Source: Candidatus Rifleibacteriota bacterium (GTDB lineage: Bacteria; Muiribacteriota; Ozemobacteria; Ozemobacterales; Ozemobacteraceae). From it: a stretch of DNA of 61,761 nt. The stretch spans positions 1 through 61,761 of the forward strand of contig JBMOKV010000477.1 of assembly GCA_049325495.1 (NCBI GenBank). The letters are read 5' to 3'. The translations under genes and the position numbers were made by a program. Shown in pieces: positions 46,355 through 55,384 of the stretch. How positions within the stretch are numbered: position 1 is the stretch's first letter; every line of letters begins with the position of its first letter. Below the pieces are notes generated by a model. That model worked only from the letters and a program-made list of their open reading frames with translations. It was not told the origin of the DNA and searched no databases.

Positions 46355-49226
46355 AATCAGCAATAGAATCAGCCCTTTGCACGCTCTGGCGATCTGGCTG
46401 TTTCTTCTTGTTCTGCCTCTTTTGCTTCTGAACCATGGCATAATCGAATATTCCGGCTTTTTAAGGCAAAGGCTGATTCTGTTGCGCCAGTCATTTCTGA
46501 ACGATGAGCTCTATGCTTTTATCGATGATCTGCAGCCTCAGAATTTTGTGCAGAGCCGTTTCGACAATGCTGATGCAAATTATCTGCAGAAAGCGGCTGA
46601 TGCTGATGAACTGTGTGGTATGCTCCAACAAAAGACCGGTATTGAAATTGCCGCTGTCTTTTTCCGTACGGGCAGCAAAGAAGCAATTAAAACTGCTTTT
46701 AGTAAGAATTTGAAGCAGGTCTTTGTGGCGCCGCCCCAGTATTTTTTAAAAAAAACATTTGAAGTGTTGGCATTTGAAAACGTTGAGCCTGGCACAAATC
46801 AAGACAAAGAGAGAAAGTCTGCCGCATCAATTTTTCGCTCGATTTTCGGAAACATCAGTGAAATTAAGCTCAAAAGCGGCATCGTCGTTAAAACGATTTC
46901 TTCGAAGACCGGTGACACGGGCCCGGTATATTTCTATTACTTCAGAGAGCAGGATTCAGAAAGGGCTTTCATTGCACTGATCCGGGAAGATGCCCTGAAA
47001 CCCCAGAGAATTATCAATGCCGCTCTGCAGAAAAAAGGAAGAAAGACTGAAAGGCGCATTGTCAGGTCAAAAATCGGGTTAGAGTTTCCCGACCAGGTTA
47101 AAGCCAAAGGCATCAGCACATTTCTGGAAACGGAAGATGGAATTGAGGTAAGAACTGTTCTACCTATTCGCAACATCATTCATCTGGTTCAACGTGGAAC
47201 CATTGTTCCGGTCAACGTTGACCGATTTGTTTCAAATCTGCCGTTGATCTCGGTTTTTTTGCCAAATTCCGCGCTTATGCCCAAAATCTGGCAATATCAT
47301 GGCTTGATTCGCTTTCTCAGTCTGCTCGCCCTTCTTGTCGGTTCTATTTTTCTTCTGAGATTTTGCCTTTTTGGTTTTACCTATCAATTTTCAATTACTT
47401 CCAGAATTTTTACCGGGTTGTCTGTAACCGGTTTTTTTCCGGTGGTCTTTTTCGTTTTTGCTTATAGTTCATTTGCTGAATTTGAGAGGGTAAATCTGAT
47501 TCAACAGGGGCGGCAGATGCTGGCGCAAAGAATGTCAATGCTGCAGAAAAAAGTAAATTCAGGAATCAATGAATTGGAGTTGTTCAATGTTCGCCTGACC
47601 ACCGAGCTTGAACAGATGCATTCTGCTGAGAAAAAGATTCAAAGGCTTGAAGAAGTTGTTGATAAGGTTCCAGAGCGATCATTTTTCGTTATTCCGATTG
47701 AAGGAAAGGGTGAAAAAATTGGTGGAAAGGAAAAGGCGAAAGATATGCAGCTCAACAGATTTGAAAGCGACGCCCTGAACCTCTTTGCAATGCAGATGTT
47801 TGACATGTTGAAAAATTCACCCTTTTTTGAACAGGATCGAAGCACTCTTTCAAGGTTTTTTAACGATGTTATTTCAAATAGAGGCAGCTTAAGCGTCGTT
47901 TTGAAGGCCTTTGGAAAACTGATTATCATCGAGAAACTTACAAGAAAATTCTGGTTTTCATGCATGATGATTCTGCAGCAGAAAAATCAGAGATTTCTGC
48001 CATCACACCTTCTTTTTCCGGCATTATCCGTTGAGAGAGCCATGAAACAGCAGTTTGCTGAAGCGCGAAAAGATGTGGCTCTCCACCATTCCGCCGCCGG
48101 GTTTTCCATAGACCTTGCGCTTGCTTTCCGGGGTGCAGAAGATATAGCCATTGAACCTGAAAATGCTTCAAAAAGAATCGATGTTAAGGCAATTGCAGGT
48201 AATTTGCGAATCGCTGCTCAGGTTAAAAGGGAAATGGTATGGGAAACGGTAGATGGAATTGAAATGGTTCGTTATGACGAGACTCTTCCATTGATCTGCT
48301 ACGGTAGAATTCGTATTCACCAGGAAGATGGACTGCTGACCATGGAAGCCATCCTTAAAATGATTCTATATCTGATTCTTCTAATTGTTGTGGTTGCGCA
48401 GGTTGTAGACAGGTTTTTCGTGAATCCGGTAAAAAAGTTTGCAGATGGAATGCTTGAAGTTTCAACCGGAAATTTAAAGTATAAATTTGAAAATGAAACC
48501 GGCGATGAGTTTGATCGGTTGTCCAGGTCTCTCAACTCAATGTTGCAGGGTCTTATCGAGAAAGAAACCCTGGCCGTTTATGTTTCCGATGATGTCCGAA
48601 ATGATGTCGAGAAAGATTATGAGGGCGGATTTGCTCCCGGCGGAGAAATGATTAAGGCCGCTGTTTTATTTTGTGAACCACTCGAATTCAGCGATTTCGC
48701 CGAAGCCTCTGACCCGTTGATGGTTGTGAATCGTTTGAATTTTTTTGTCGGCAAGGTTTCTCAGATATGTAGTCAGCATGGCGGCGTAATAGACAAAGTG
48801 GTTGAGCATAACCTGATGCTGGTTTTCAGGCAAAAGAAAGGTCTTGAAAACCATGTTTTGCGTGCTGCTTCGGCGGCAAGGCAGATTTCATTACAGGTCA
48901 ACCGGCAGAATGAAGAATTTCCGTTTGTTTGTAGAATAGGTCTTGCCTGTGGTGAAATGATTTCAGGAAAAATTGGCTCGACCATCGGCAAACTTGATTT
49001 TACTGTAATTGGTGACCGGGTTAATCTTGCTGCCAGGCTGAAAGCACTTGCTCACAAGGCCACCAGAACCGGGATTCTTATTTCTGCCGAAATCAGATCG
49101 GAGCTGGGAAACTTTATTGAAGCTGAGAAGGTTGATACGGTTGAAATCAAAGGCAAATCCGGCAAATATGATGTTTACGAGCTCCTTGAGGTCAAACCTT
49201 TGTTTGAAGATGCTAAACGCTCGTAA
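46338..49226 (+). CDS. Multi-TM HAMP class III adenylate cyclase, C2-like half (K/T/N/R/K only)
   Basis: FCEPLEF and VVEH replace the metal Asps; IDK, DFTVIGD, VNLAAR and IKGK are intact; overlaps the upstream cyclase by 17 nt. Confidence 0.9.
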   Translation: MNRQNKISNRISPLHALAIWLFLLVLPLLLLNHGIIEYSGFLRQRLILLRQSFLNDELYAFIDDLQPQNFVQSRFDNADANYLQKAADADELCGMLQQKTGIEIAAVFFRTGSKEAIKTAFSKNLKQVFVAPPQYFLKKTFEVLAFENVEPGTNQDKERKSAASIFRSIFGNISEIKLKSGIVVKTISSKTGDTGPVYFYYFREQDSERAFIALIREDALKPQRIINAALQKKGRKTERRIVRSKIGLEFPDQVKAKGISTFLETEDGIEVRTVLPIRNIIHLVQRGTIVPVNVDRFVSNLPLISVFLPNSALMPKIWQYHGLIRFLSLLALLVGSIFLLRFCLFGFTYQFSITSRIFTGLSVTGFFPVVFFVFAYSSFAEFERVNLIQQGRQMLAQRMSMLQKKVNSGINELELFNVRLTTELEQMHSAEKKIQRLEEVVDKVPERSFFVIPIEGKGEKIGGKEKAKDMQLNRFESDALNLFAMQMFDMLKNSPFFEQDRSTLSRFFNDVISNRGSLSVVLKAFGKLIIIEKLTRKFWFSCMMILQQKNQRFLPSHLLFPALSVERAMKQQFAEARKDVALHHSAAGFSIDLALAFRGAEDIAIEPENASKRIDVKAIAGNLRIAAQVKREMVWETVDGIEMVRYDETLPLICYGRIRIHQEDGLLTMEAILKMILYLILLIVVVAQVVDRFFVNPVKKFADGMLEVSTGNLKYKFENETGDEFDRLSRSLNSMLQGLIEKETLAVYVSDDVRNDVEKDYEGGFAPGGEMIKAAVLFCEPLEFSDFAEASDPLMVVNRLNFFVGKVSQICSQHGGVIDKVVEHNLMLVFRQKKGLENHVLRAASAARQISLQVNRQNEEFPFVCRIGLACGEMISGKIGSTIGKLDFTVIGDRVNLAARLKALAHKATRTGILISAEIRSELGNFIEAEKVDTVEIKGKSGKYDVYELLEVKPLFEDAKRS

Positions 49227-49282
49227 TTCTGCTATTCTTGAAAAGATGTTTTGTATCAGCTGATTTTTCCGGGAGGGTGGTT

Positions 49283-49993
49283 TTGAATAAAAAAACCTGT
49301 TGTGCATGTGGTTGTCTGATCATGGCCCTTGGCATCGTTGCCATCGTTGCCGGTGGATATTTTGGGGTTTCTTTTCTGCATTCGGCCGGCAAAGATTTTG
49401 CTGCCCTGACATTTGAAAAAGGAATGGAATCTGTTACAGAGAAAGCTTTCAGCGAAGAAGATCGCCAAGAAATCCTGGATGGAGCAAAACTGGTAGCCGA
49501 AGGAATTAAAAGTGGCGAAATAGGCCTGATTTCCATGTTTTCCGAAGGTACTCAGCAACTTGAAACTGGTATCTACAATAAGGTTATTCTGCTGGCCTTC
49601 AAAAATCATTATATGCTTAAGGCCGAAGATGGCGCTGAAGCCACTTTCTCGGTAGAAGGTGCCCGTTCGGTTGACCGACTTCTTTTTGGACTGAGTGAAA
49701 AACGAATTTCGGTCGACCAGATTGCTTCGGTAACCCTTAAGCTGACTGAGCATTTTCAGGATAAAATGCCCGACAAAGATGGAAAATCTAATGTTAAATT
49801 CAGCAGCAGAAGGGTGAATACAAAACTTTCCAAAGAAGATGTGGTTGAATGTCTTAAAATGATCAATGAAGTCTGCGATTTGAACAAGATTGAAAATCCG
49901 TCTGAAGAATTCAAACCGGAAAACGTGATTAAAAATGAACTGTTGCAGGTTTTCGACAAACTAAAAAAATCAGGGGAGTCTCAGAAAAAATGA
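49283..49993 (+). CDS. Hypothetical membrane-anchored protein with Cys-rich N-terminus
   Basis: GGAGGG RBS, TTG start at 49283, KKTCCACGC then a TM and a helical domain; the ORF track starts at 49238. Confidence 0.65.
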   Translation: MNKKTCCACGCLIMALGIVAIVAGGYFGVSFLHSAGKDFAALTFEKGMESVTEKAFSEEDRQEILDGAKLVAEGIKSGEIGLISMFSEGTQQLETGIYNKVILLAFKNHYMLKAEDGAEATFSVEGARSVDRLLFGLSEKRISVDQIASVTLKLTEHFQDKMPDKDGKSNVKFSSRRVNTKLSKEDVVECLKMINEVCDLNKIENPSEEFKPENVIKNELLQVFDKLKKSGESQKK

Positions 49994-50727
49994 CTTCGGC
50001 ATGGAAAACATTCTTCGACACTATCGCGCCTGAATACGACGGCGAAATTTTTACCCGCAACACTCTTGCTGAAGTTGATTTTCTTATTGAAGAACTTGGG
50101 CTGAAGGCCGGAGACAGCATTCTTGATATCGGCTGTGGAACAGGTCGCCATAGTGTTGAACTTGCCAAAAGAGGGTTAAAGGTTACCGGAATCGACCAGT
50201 CAAGCGGAATGCTGGCACAGGCAAGAAAAAAAGCAGAAAATGCAGGAGTTGAGCTTGAATTGATCGAAATTCCAGCTCAGGATTTCAAACCCACCCGAAA
50301 GTATTCGGCGGTTATTTCTCTTTGCGAAGGGGCTTTGTGTCTTTTTGACGAGGAAGACGACATCTGGGGCCGGGATATGGCTATTTTTGCCAATATTGCC
50401 GAAGCTCTCGAACCGGGAAGCCCGTTTCTGGTTACGGTGCTGAGCGCGTTTAAATCGATCAGACAGTTTTCCGACGAAGATGTGGCTGCGGGAAAATTCG
50501 ATCTTTTTACTCTGACCGCCCGTGAGCCTGTTGAAGTGAAGCGAAACGGCATCGATGCTTCGATTATTGGAATCGAGCGTCATTATACCCCGCCCGAGCT
50601 GGTAAGAATGGTTAACCGGGTTGGTCTGAAAATTGACCGCTTTTATGGCGGTACGGCTGGTGACTGGCATCGTGGGCCGATCAAACTCGATGAATTCGAG
50701 CTTATGGCTATCGGGCACCGTAAGTAG
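49990..50727 (+). CDS. Class I SAM-dependent methyltransferase
   Basis: ILDIGCGTGRH, VTGIDQS, AVISLCEGA, ALEPGSPF. Confidence 0.92.
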   Translation: MTSAWKTFFDTIAPEYDGEIFTRNTLAEVDFLIEELGLKAGDSILDIGCGTGRHSVELAKRGLKVTGIDQSSGMLAQARKKAENAGVELELIEIPAQDFKPTRKYSAVISLCEGALCLFDEEDDIWGRDMAIFANIAEALEPGSPFLVTVLSAFKSIRQFSDEDVAAGKFDLFTLTAREPVEVKRNGIDASIIGIERHYTPPELVRMVNRVGLKIDRFYGGTAGDWHRGPIKLDEFELMAIGHRK

Positions 50728-50736
50728 CAGTTGAAT

Positions 50737-50781
50737 AAAAAAATCCCCGAAAGCCAGACAACCGGCTTCCGGGGATTTTTT
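50737..50781. terminator. Bidirectional terminator between convergent genes
   Basis: AAAAAATCCCCG-AAAGCC...GGCTT-CCGGGGATTTTTT. Confidence 0.85.
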
Positions 50782-50790
50782 GTCATCGCA

Positions 50791-52248
50791 TCAGTGCTGT
50801 CGATGAATATTGTTGAAGTTTTCCAGAGCCTGGTATTTTTCAACGTATTCGCGCACGGTTGCCAGAGACATGTCTGACTTTTTAAGTGCTGCAAAGGCTG
50901 ATTTCATCGCACGTTTCTTTTCAACTGCCTTGACAAAATTGTTTACTCTCAACAGCTGAGCTCTATTGAAATCGAAGCCGGTGAACGGGTCGGTTACATC
51001 GATAATGATTTCTGGAACTCTTGCAGGTTTTTCAATGGCGCGGTGATGCCCATGGGAAGATGAGCCGAATTCCTTATTTTTGGCGAGCTGAATGATCTGA
51101 TTCTGGGTGAAAGCGTTGTCGGCCGCTTCAGCGAGAACCATACATTCACGGTAGCTTAAGGGGCAATTTTTGGCGGCAGTAAGCAGGAACTGGTCGCTGA
51201 TATAAGAATTACCGCAGGTTTTTGCCAGATCGACGATGGTTCTGGCGCTCATGACTTTGAAAACCGGGCCCGCGGCAATGGCATTGAAGAGTTGCTGGCG
51301 CAGCATATCGTTTTCCATGGCGGCGGAAACGTCAACGAATTCGTAATTGCTTACATAGTCGCGATTGGCCATGTTTTTGCCAAGCTCTACGAGAAACTGG
51401 TCACGTATGTAGCTGTTGTTGATGAACCCGGCCATTTCAACCATGCTTTTTGGGGTGAATTCACTGAACTTCGGATGGCTGGAAACTTTGTTAACCAGCT
51501 GTCCGCGGGTGAAATCGTTTTCGATAGCCTTGGCAAGTGCTACCATATCTTCGCCGGTGCTGGCTCTGCTGCTGCCTTCGAGAAGCATCTGATCGCGGGT
51601 AAAAGAGTTGCTTACTGTTTCGGCAACACGCAGCAGCTGTCTGATTTCTCTTGAAATTCCGGTTGCTGGCCCATGATGGTCATGGCCGCCGTGGTTGTCG
51701 TTTCCACCATTGTAGTCTCCGCCGCCGGTATAATCATCGCCGCCCGGGGTGCCACCATGGTTGTCGTCAAATGGGTCTGTATTGCCTGAACCTCCGCCAA
51801 AACCCATTTCTCTCAGGCGTTCTGATGACTTTCTTCCAAAAGAGTTGTTTGGGTAATTCTTGCGGCAGCGTTGATAAACCCTGATTGCTGCACGGCGGTC
51901 GCCAGTTTCTTCATAAACCCGGCCCAGAACGTAAAGAGCGTCAGGCACAAATTCGCGGCTGATTCCGTCGTCGTATTTTTCCAGAAATCTTTCAAAAACC
52001 CGCACCGCTTCCCAGGGGTCATTGTTTTTTACGTGGCAGTAACCGAGATAGTAAAAAGCTTCTTTTTTTACTTCCGGTGAGTTGTATTGTGATCTTGCTA
52101 TGTCACCGAACTTTTCGGCAGCATAAGCGTAATCGCCACGATCCATAAGGCTTTTGGCCCAGCGCAGGTCAGCATGACCCTGGCTCTGAGCAAAAGCGGC
52201 AAACGAAAAAAGAACCATCAAAGCACAAAACAGAATTCTTTTATTCAT
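50791..52248 (-). CDS. Exported protein: BamD/YbgF-like TPR domain, G/D/H-rich linker, six helical repeats
   Basis: Signal peptide; EAFYYLGYCH, FLEKY, DALYVLGRVY, KNYPNNSF TPRs; repeats with the N-x-[FY]-x-x-DQ motif. GAGG RBS favours ATG at 52248. Confidence 0.75.
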   Translation of the reverse strand: MNKRILFCALMVLFSFAAFAQSQGHADLRWAKSLMDRGDYAYAAEKFGDIARSQYNSPEVKKEAFYYLGYCHVKNNDPWEAVRVFERFLEKYDDGISREFVPDALYVLGRVYEETGDRRAAIRVYQRCRKNYPNNSFGRKSSERLREMGFGGGSGNTDPFDDNHGGTPGGDDYTGGGDYNGGNDNHGGHDHHGPATGISREIRQLLRVAETVSNSFTRDQMLLEGSSRASTGEDMVALAKAIENDFTRGQLVNKVSSHPKFSEFTPKSMVEMAGFINNSYIRDQFLVELGKNMANRDYVSNYEFVDVSAAMENDMLRQQLFNAIAAGPVFKVMSARTIVDLAKTCGNSYISDQFLLTAAKNCPLSYRECMVLAEAADNAFTQNQIIQLAKNKEFGSSSHGHHRAIEKPARVPEIIIDVTDPFTGFDFNRAQLLRVNNFVKAVEKKRAMKSAFAALKKSDMSLATVREYVEKYQALENFNNIHRQH

Positions 52249-52268
52249 TATATTCACCTCGCGAATTT

Positions 52269-53117
52269 TTATTTCGGTAATGATTCCAGCAGTTCATCGA
52301 TTTCAGCTGCCAGCGGTTCAAGAGATTGTCGGAGCTTTACACATGCCTGCTGCCAGTATTCAGGATCTGTTTCCCTTGAATACCAGCTTCCGGCAACTGC
52401 CTCTTTGGTCGCAGCCTTGAAATACTTTACAGCGAACTTCAGGCGCCAGGCAGGAAAATCGAAGCCACCGACTTTAGAAGCGGTCATACCAGCTTCATTT
52501 CCGGCATAAATTGCCGCCCTGGCTGCATTCTGCCATATATTGCGCGCATCTTCGGCAGCGGCTTCAGGAATTGCCGGAAGCATGCTCTTCACTCTGGTCA
52601 GACCTTCCCGGGCATTTTTTGCCCAGACGATATCGCCAGTCCAGATTGGTTCAGGTGTAACCCAGTATTTCATTTCATCGAGGCCGATTTTGCATGAATT
52701 GGCAAAATCACGGCACTGAAATTCATGAACCCGGCTGCTTTCTGTTTTTTGGGGGTAAATATGAGTGCCGAGAATAAATCTTTTACGGAAATATTTTGCG
52801 CCAAGCCGAATTCGAACCGGAAATTTCTGCTTTTCAAGCAGCTCTTCAAAGATTTTTGAGCACTTGAAGCACGCCTGGGCAACTTTTACCCTTATTTCAG
52901 CCCAGCTCTTGCCTATAAGTGCCGGGGGCAGCTGCTCGGGAAAACCCGCTTCAGCACTGAAAGGTCCAATTATTTCCCGGCATCGTTCAACAGCCTTCTC
53001 CATTGCCTGCTGGTGGACAAGCTGCCAGGGTATATCAACTTCAGCTCTTGCACTTGTCGCGCCAATTAAAAAAAACGCAACCAGCGTAATGGTTAGTTTA
53101 AGAAAGGTCTTCATCAT
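52269..53117 (-). CDS. Hypothetical exported protein
   Basis: GGAGG RBS, signal peptide ending SARA-E; helical; an internal FP...KYF motif occurs twice. Confidence 0.7.
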   Translation of the reverse strand: MMKTFLKLTITLVAFFLIGATSARAEVDIPWQLVHQQAMEKAVERCREIIGPFSAEAGFPEQLPPALIGKSWAEIRVKVAQACFKCSKIFEELLEKQKFPVRIRLGAKYFRKRFILGTHIYPQKTESSRVHEFQCRDFANSCKIGLDEMKYWVTPEPIWTGDIVWAKNAREGLTRVKSMLPAIPEAAAEDARNIWQNAARAAIYAGNEAGMTASKVGGFDFPAWRLKFAVKYFKAATKEAVAGSWYSRETDPEYWQQACVKLRQSLEPLAAEIDELLESLPK

Positions 53118-53178
53118 TTACCTCCCCATTGTTTTCTTTGTACATTTTATCAGATTTTTCTCTTTTGATCTTCTTTTC

Positions 53179-53349
53179 TCAGATAAATAGGTAAAACGTT
53201 CCATTGAAATATACCATGTCTCAAACTACAAATTCCATTTGGCCCGATTTAAACCTGGTCGAATCAAGGAATTTAAGTTGCTCAACAATTCAATCGTTGA
53301 GTTCGATAAGTTCAAGTTCGCTGACTTCTTCGAGATTGATATCAATCAT
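53179..53349 (-). pseudogene. Remnant of a small conserved hypothetical protein with in-frame TGA stops
   Basis: GAAGAG RBS, then MIDINLEEVSELELIELND*IVEQLKFLDSTRFKSGQMEFVV*DMVYF. It resembles the family MxIDIDxLTExELIDLNxRIVERLRFL...MLEFxxGDRVxF (recalled, unverified). Confidence 0.45.
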
Positions 53350-53455
53350 TCAAAATTTCGCTCTTCAATATGTTTTCGTTAACTTTGAGCATGATCAATG
53401 GGTGGCTGAATGTCATAAAAATTGTTTACAACAAACGATTTTTTATTTATTATTA

Positions 53456-53469
53456 AGTTAACGTTAACT
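53456..53469. promoter_or_regulatory. Perfect 14-bp palindrome, candidate TetR operator
   Basis: AGTTAACGTTAACT, 63 bp upstream of the TetR start. Confidence 0.6.
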
Positions 53470-53532
53470 AACAAAAAGAATATGACGAGTCCGGTAACCT
53501 TTGCAGGATTACCAGGGTAAGGAAGGTAATGA

Positions 53533-54135
53533 ATGGCTAGAAAAGCTACCGGCGCACGTAAAGAACAGATAATCGAAACGACCCGTGACCTGATTTTTAC
53601 CAGGGGGTTCAGTAACTTCACCGTAAGAACCGTAGCCGGCCTGGTTGGAATCAGTGAAGCGGCTGTTTATCGGCATTTCGCCAGCAAAGAAGATCTGCTG
53701 CAGGCTTTGCTCGATTCTCTTTTCGTGCCCTGGCGCCAGTCTTTCAATCAGATTGCATCGGAAAAGAGCTCAGTTGCTGAACGATTGGTTGCATTGGCGG
53801 CCAGGCATATCGAGTTTCTGCTAGAAAAAAAGCTAAACCCTATGCTTTTCTTTTCTGAAGCCATTAGTCCTGAAAATCCAGGCTTGCTGAAAGTTCTGCA
53901 GACCAACCTCTTATTTTTCAATCAGCTGCTTCAGAGCCTTTTTAAAGAAGGTGCCGCCAAAAAGGAATTTGCCGTCGATCTCGATGTTGAAAGTGCTGCA
54001 GTGTGCTTTCTCGGTATCGTTCAGGCCAGCATCATCCGCTGGACGGTTTTTCAGTCAGATCATCTGCTGAAAGAAGATACGATTGCCAAAGTCAGTTTTT
54101 TTTTAAAACAAATCGTCAAAGTTTCGGTGAAATGA
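53533..54135 (+). CDS. TetR/AcrR family regulator
   Basis: RKEQIIETTRDLIFTRGFSNFTVRTVAGLVGISEAAVYRHFASKEDL HTH. Confidence 0.95.
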   Translation: MARKATGARKEQIIETTRDLIFTRGFSNFTVRTVAGLVGISEAAVYRHFASKEDLLQALLDSLFVPWRQSFNQIASEKSSVAERLVALAARHIEFLLEKKLNPMLFFSEAISPENPGLLKVLQTNLLFFNQLLQSLFKEGAAKKEFAVDLDVESAAVCFLGIVQASIIRWTVFQSDHLLKEDTIAKVSFFLKQIVKVSVK

Positions 54136-54136
54136 A

Positions 54137-55384
54137 ATGAAAGAAAATTCCGGTAAGTCAATCAAACCTTTGATTTTTTCCGCCATTGTTGCCACTGTTT
54201 TCGTTTCAGTCGCTTTTTGGGGAATCAGCAAAATCAGGTCGCGGCAAGCCATGGCAGAAAAAATGCCGCAAAAACCTCTTGCGGTGAAAACCATTTCTGC
54301 ACAAGAAGGGGTTCTTCTTCAGAAAATTCCGGCTTTGGCCACCGTCAAAAGTGCTGCAACCATAATGGTTAAGGCTGAAATTGCCGGGCGCATTATAAGT
54401 CTGCCCATGCGCGAAGGAGATCATTTTAAAAAAGGCGATCTGCTGGCTATAATCGATGGTCGTGAGCAACAGGCGCAATTGAGCGCGGCGCAGGCACGCA
54501 GCAGCGTAATTGACGGTCAGATTGCTTCGATCAGGGCTAACATAAAAGCTTATGAAAGCCAAAAGCAGGGGCTAAAAAGCAATTTTGATTTCCTTGAAGC
54601 CGAACTTCAGAGATATGAAAAACTTTTTAGTCAGCGGGCCATTTCCGCCAGCGCCATTGAAGCACATAGAAACAGAAAAAATGATGCTGAAAGCAAACTT
54701 TTGAGTCTCGATGCCCAGATACAATCTCAGAAAGCCCAGATTGCAACCCTTGAATCCCAGAAGCAGGCAAGCAGAAAAGAAGTTGACCTGTGGCAGGTTC
54801 GAAAAGATTACAGCGAAATTATTGCAGAAGTTGATGGCGTTATCACCGCCAGACACCAGGAAGAGGGCAATCACATAATGCCCGGTGCCCCAATCATGAC
54901 CATCGATGATACTGCCCATTTGCGTCTTGTAATGCAGTTGCCACAGACCGCCGCCGGCCAGGTTGAAGCTGGTCAATCAGTCATTTTAAATGAATTTCCA
55001 GAAACCGAGTTTGTTTTAACCAGAATTTATCCTGGGCTTAACGATTTCCGGCAGTTCATCGTTGAAGCACAGGCTGATAAAATGAACCCCTCAATGAAAT
55101 TCGATTTGCAGATCCCTGTCAGCATTGTCGTCAGAAGAGTCGAAGGAACTCTGGTTGACCGAACTGCCCGCTTTATCAATTTCAATCTTCCTGACGAAAA
55201 CTATGTTTATCTGATCGAGGGATCGATGGCCAGAAGGGTTTCTCTGAAACCCATTCTAATAAGTGCTGAAGGTCACGCGGTTTTCGATGCAGACAAACTC
55301 CCTCCCAATTCTCTTCTTGCCGCCGGATCGTATCTGGAAAATGTCAGATTGCCCGCCTCTTTCCCGGTAGAGGTACTCAAATGA
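54137..55384 (+). CDS. RND efflux periplasmic adaptor
   Basis: N-terminal anchor, VKAEIAGRI...EGDHFKKGDLL lipoyl half, long coiled coil, IIAEVDGVI...GNHI.PG. Confidence 0.92.
   Translation: MKENSGKSIKPLIFSAIVATVFVSVAFWGISKIRSRQAMAEKMPQKPLAVKTISAQEGVLLQKIPALATVKSAATIMVKAEIAGRIISLPMREGDHFKKGDLLAIIDGREQQAQLSAAQARSSVIDGQIASIRANIKAYESQKQGLKSNFDFLEAELQRYEKLFSQRAISASAIEAHRNRKNDAESKLLSLDAQIQSQKAQIATLESQKQASRKEVDLWQVRKDYSEIIAEVDGVITARHQEEGNHIMPGAPIMTIDDTAHLRLVMQLPQTAAGQVEAGQSVILNEFPETEFVLTRIYPGLNDFRQFIVEAQADKMNPSMKFDLQIPVSIVVRRVEGTLVDRTARFINFNLPDENYVYLIEGSMARRVSLKPILISAEGHAVFDADKLPPNSLLAAGSYLENVRLPASFPVEVLK

Noticed and set aside
53179-53349. TGA recoding (Gly/Trp/Sec) to rescue the small ORF
   Set aside because: Many bona fide genes in the window end in TGA, the two stops map to different expected residues, and no SECIS-like hairpin was seen.
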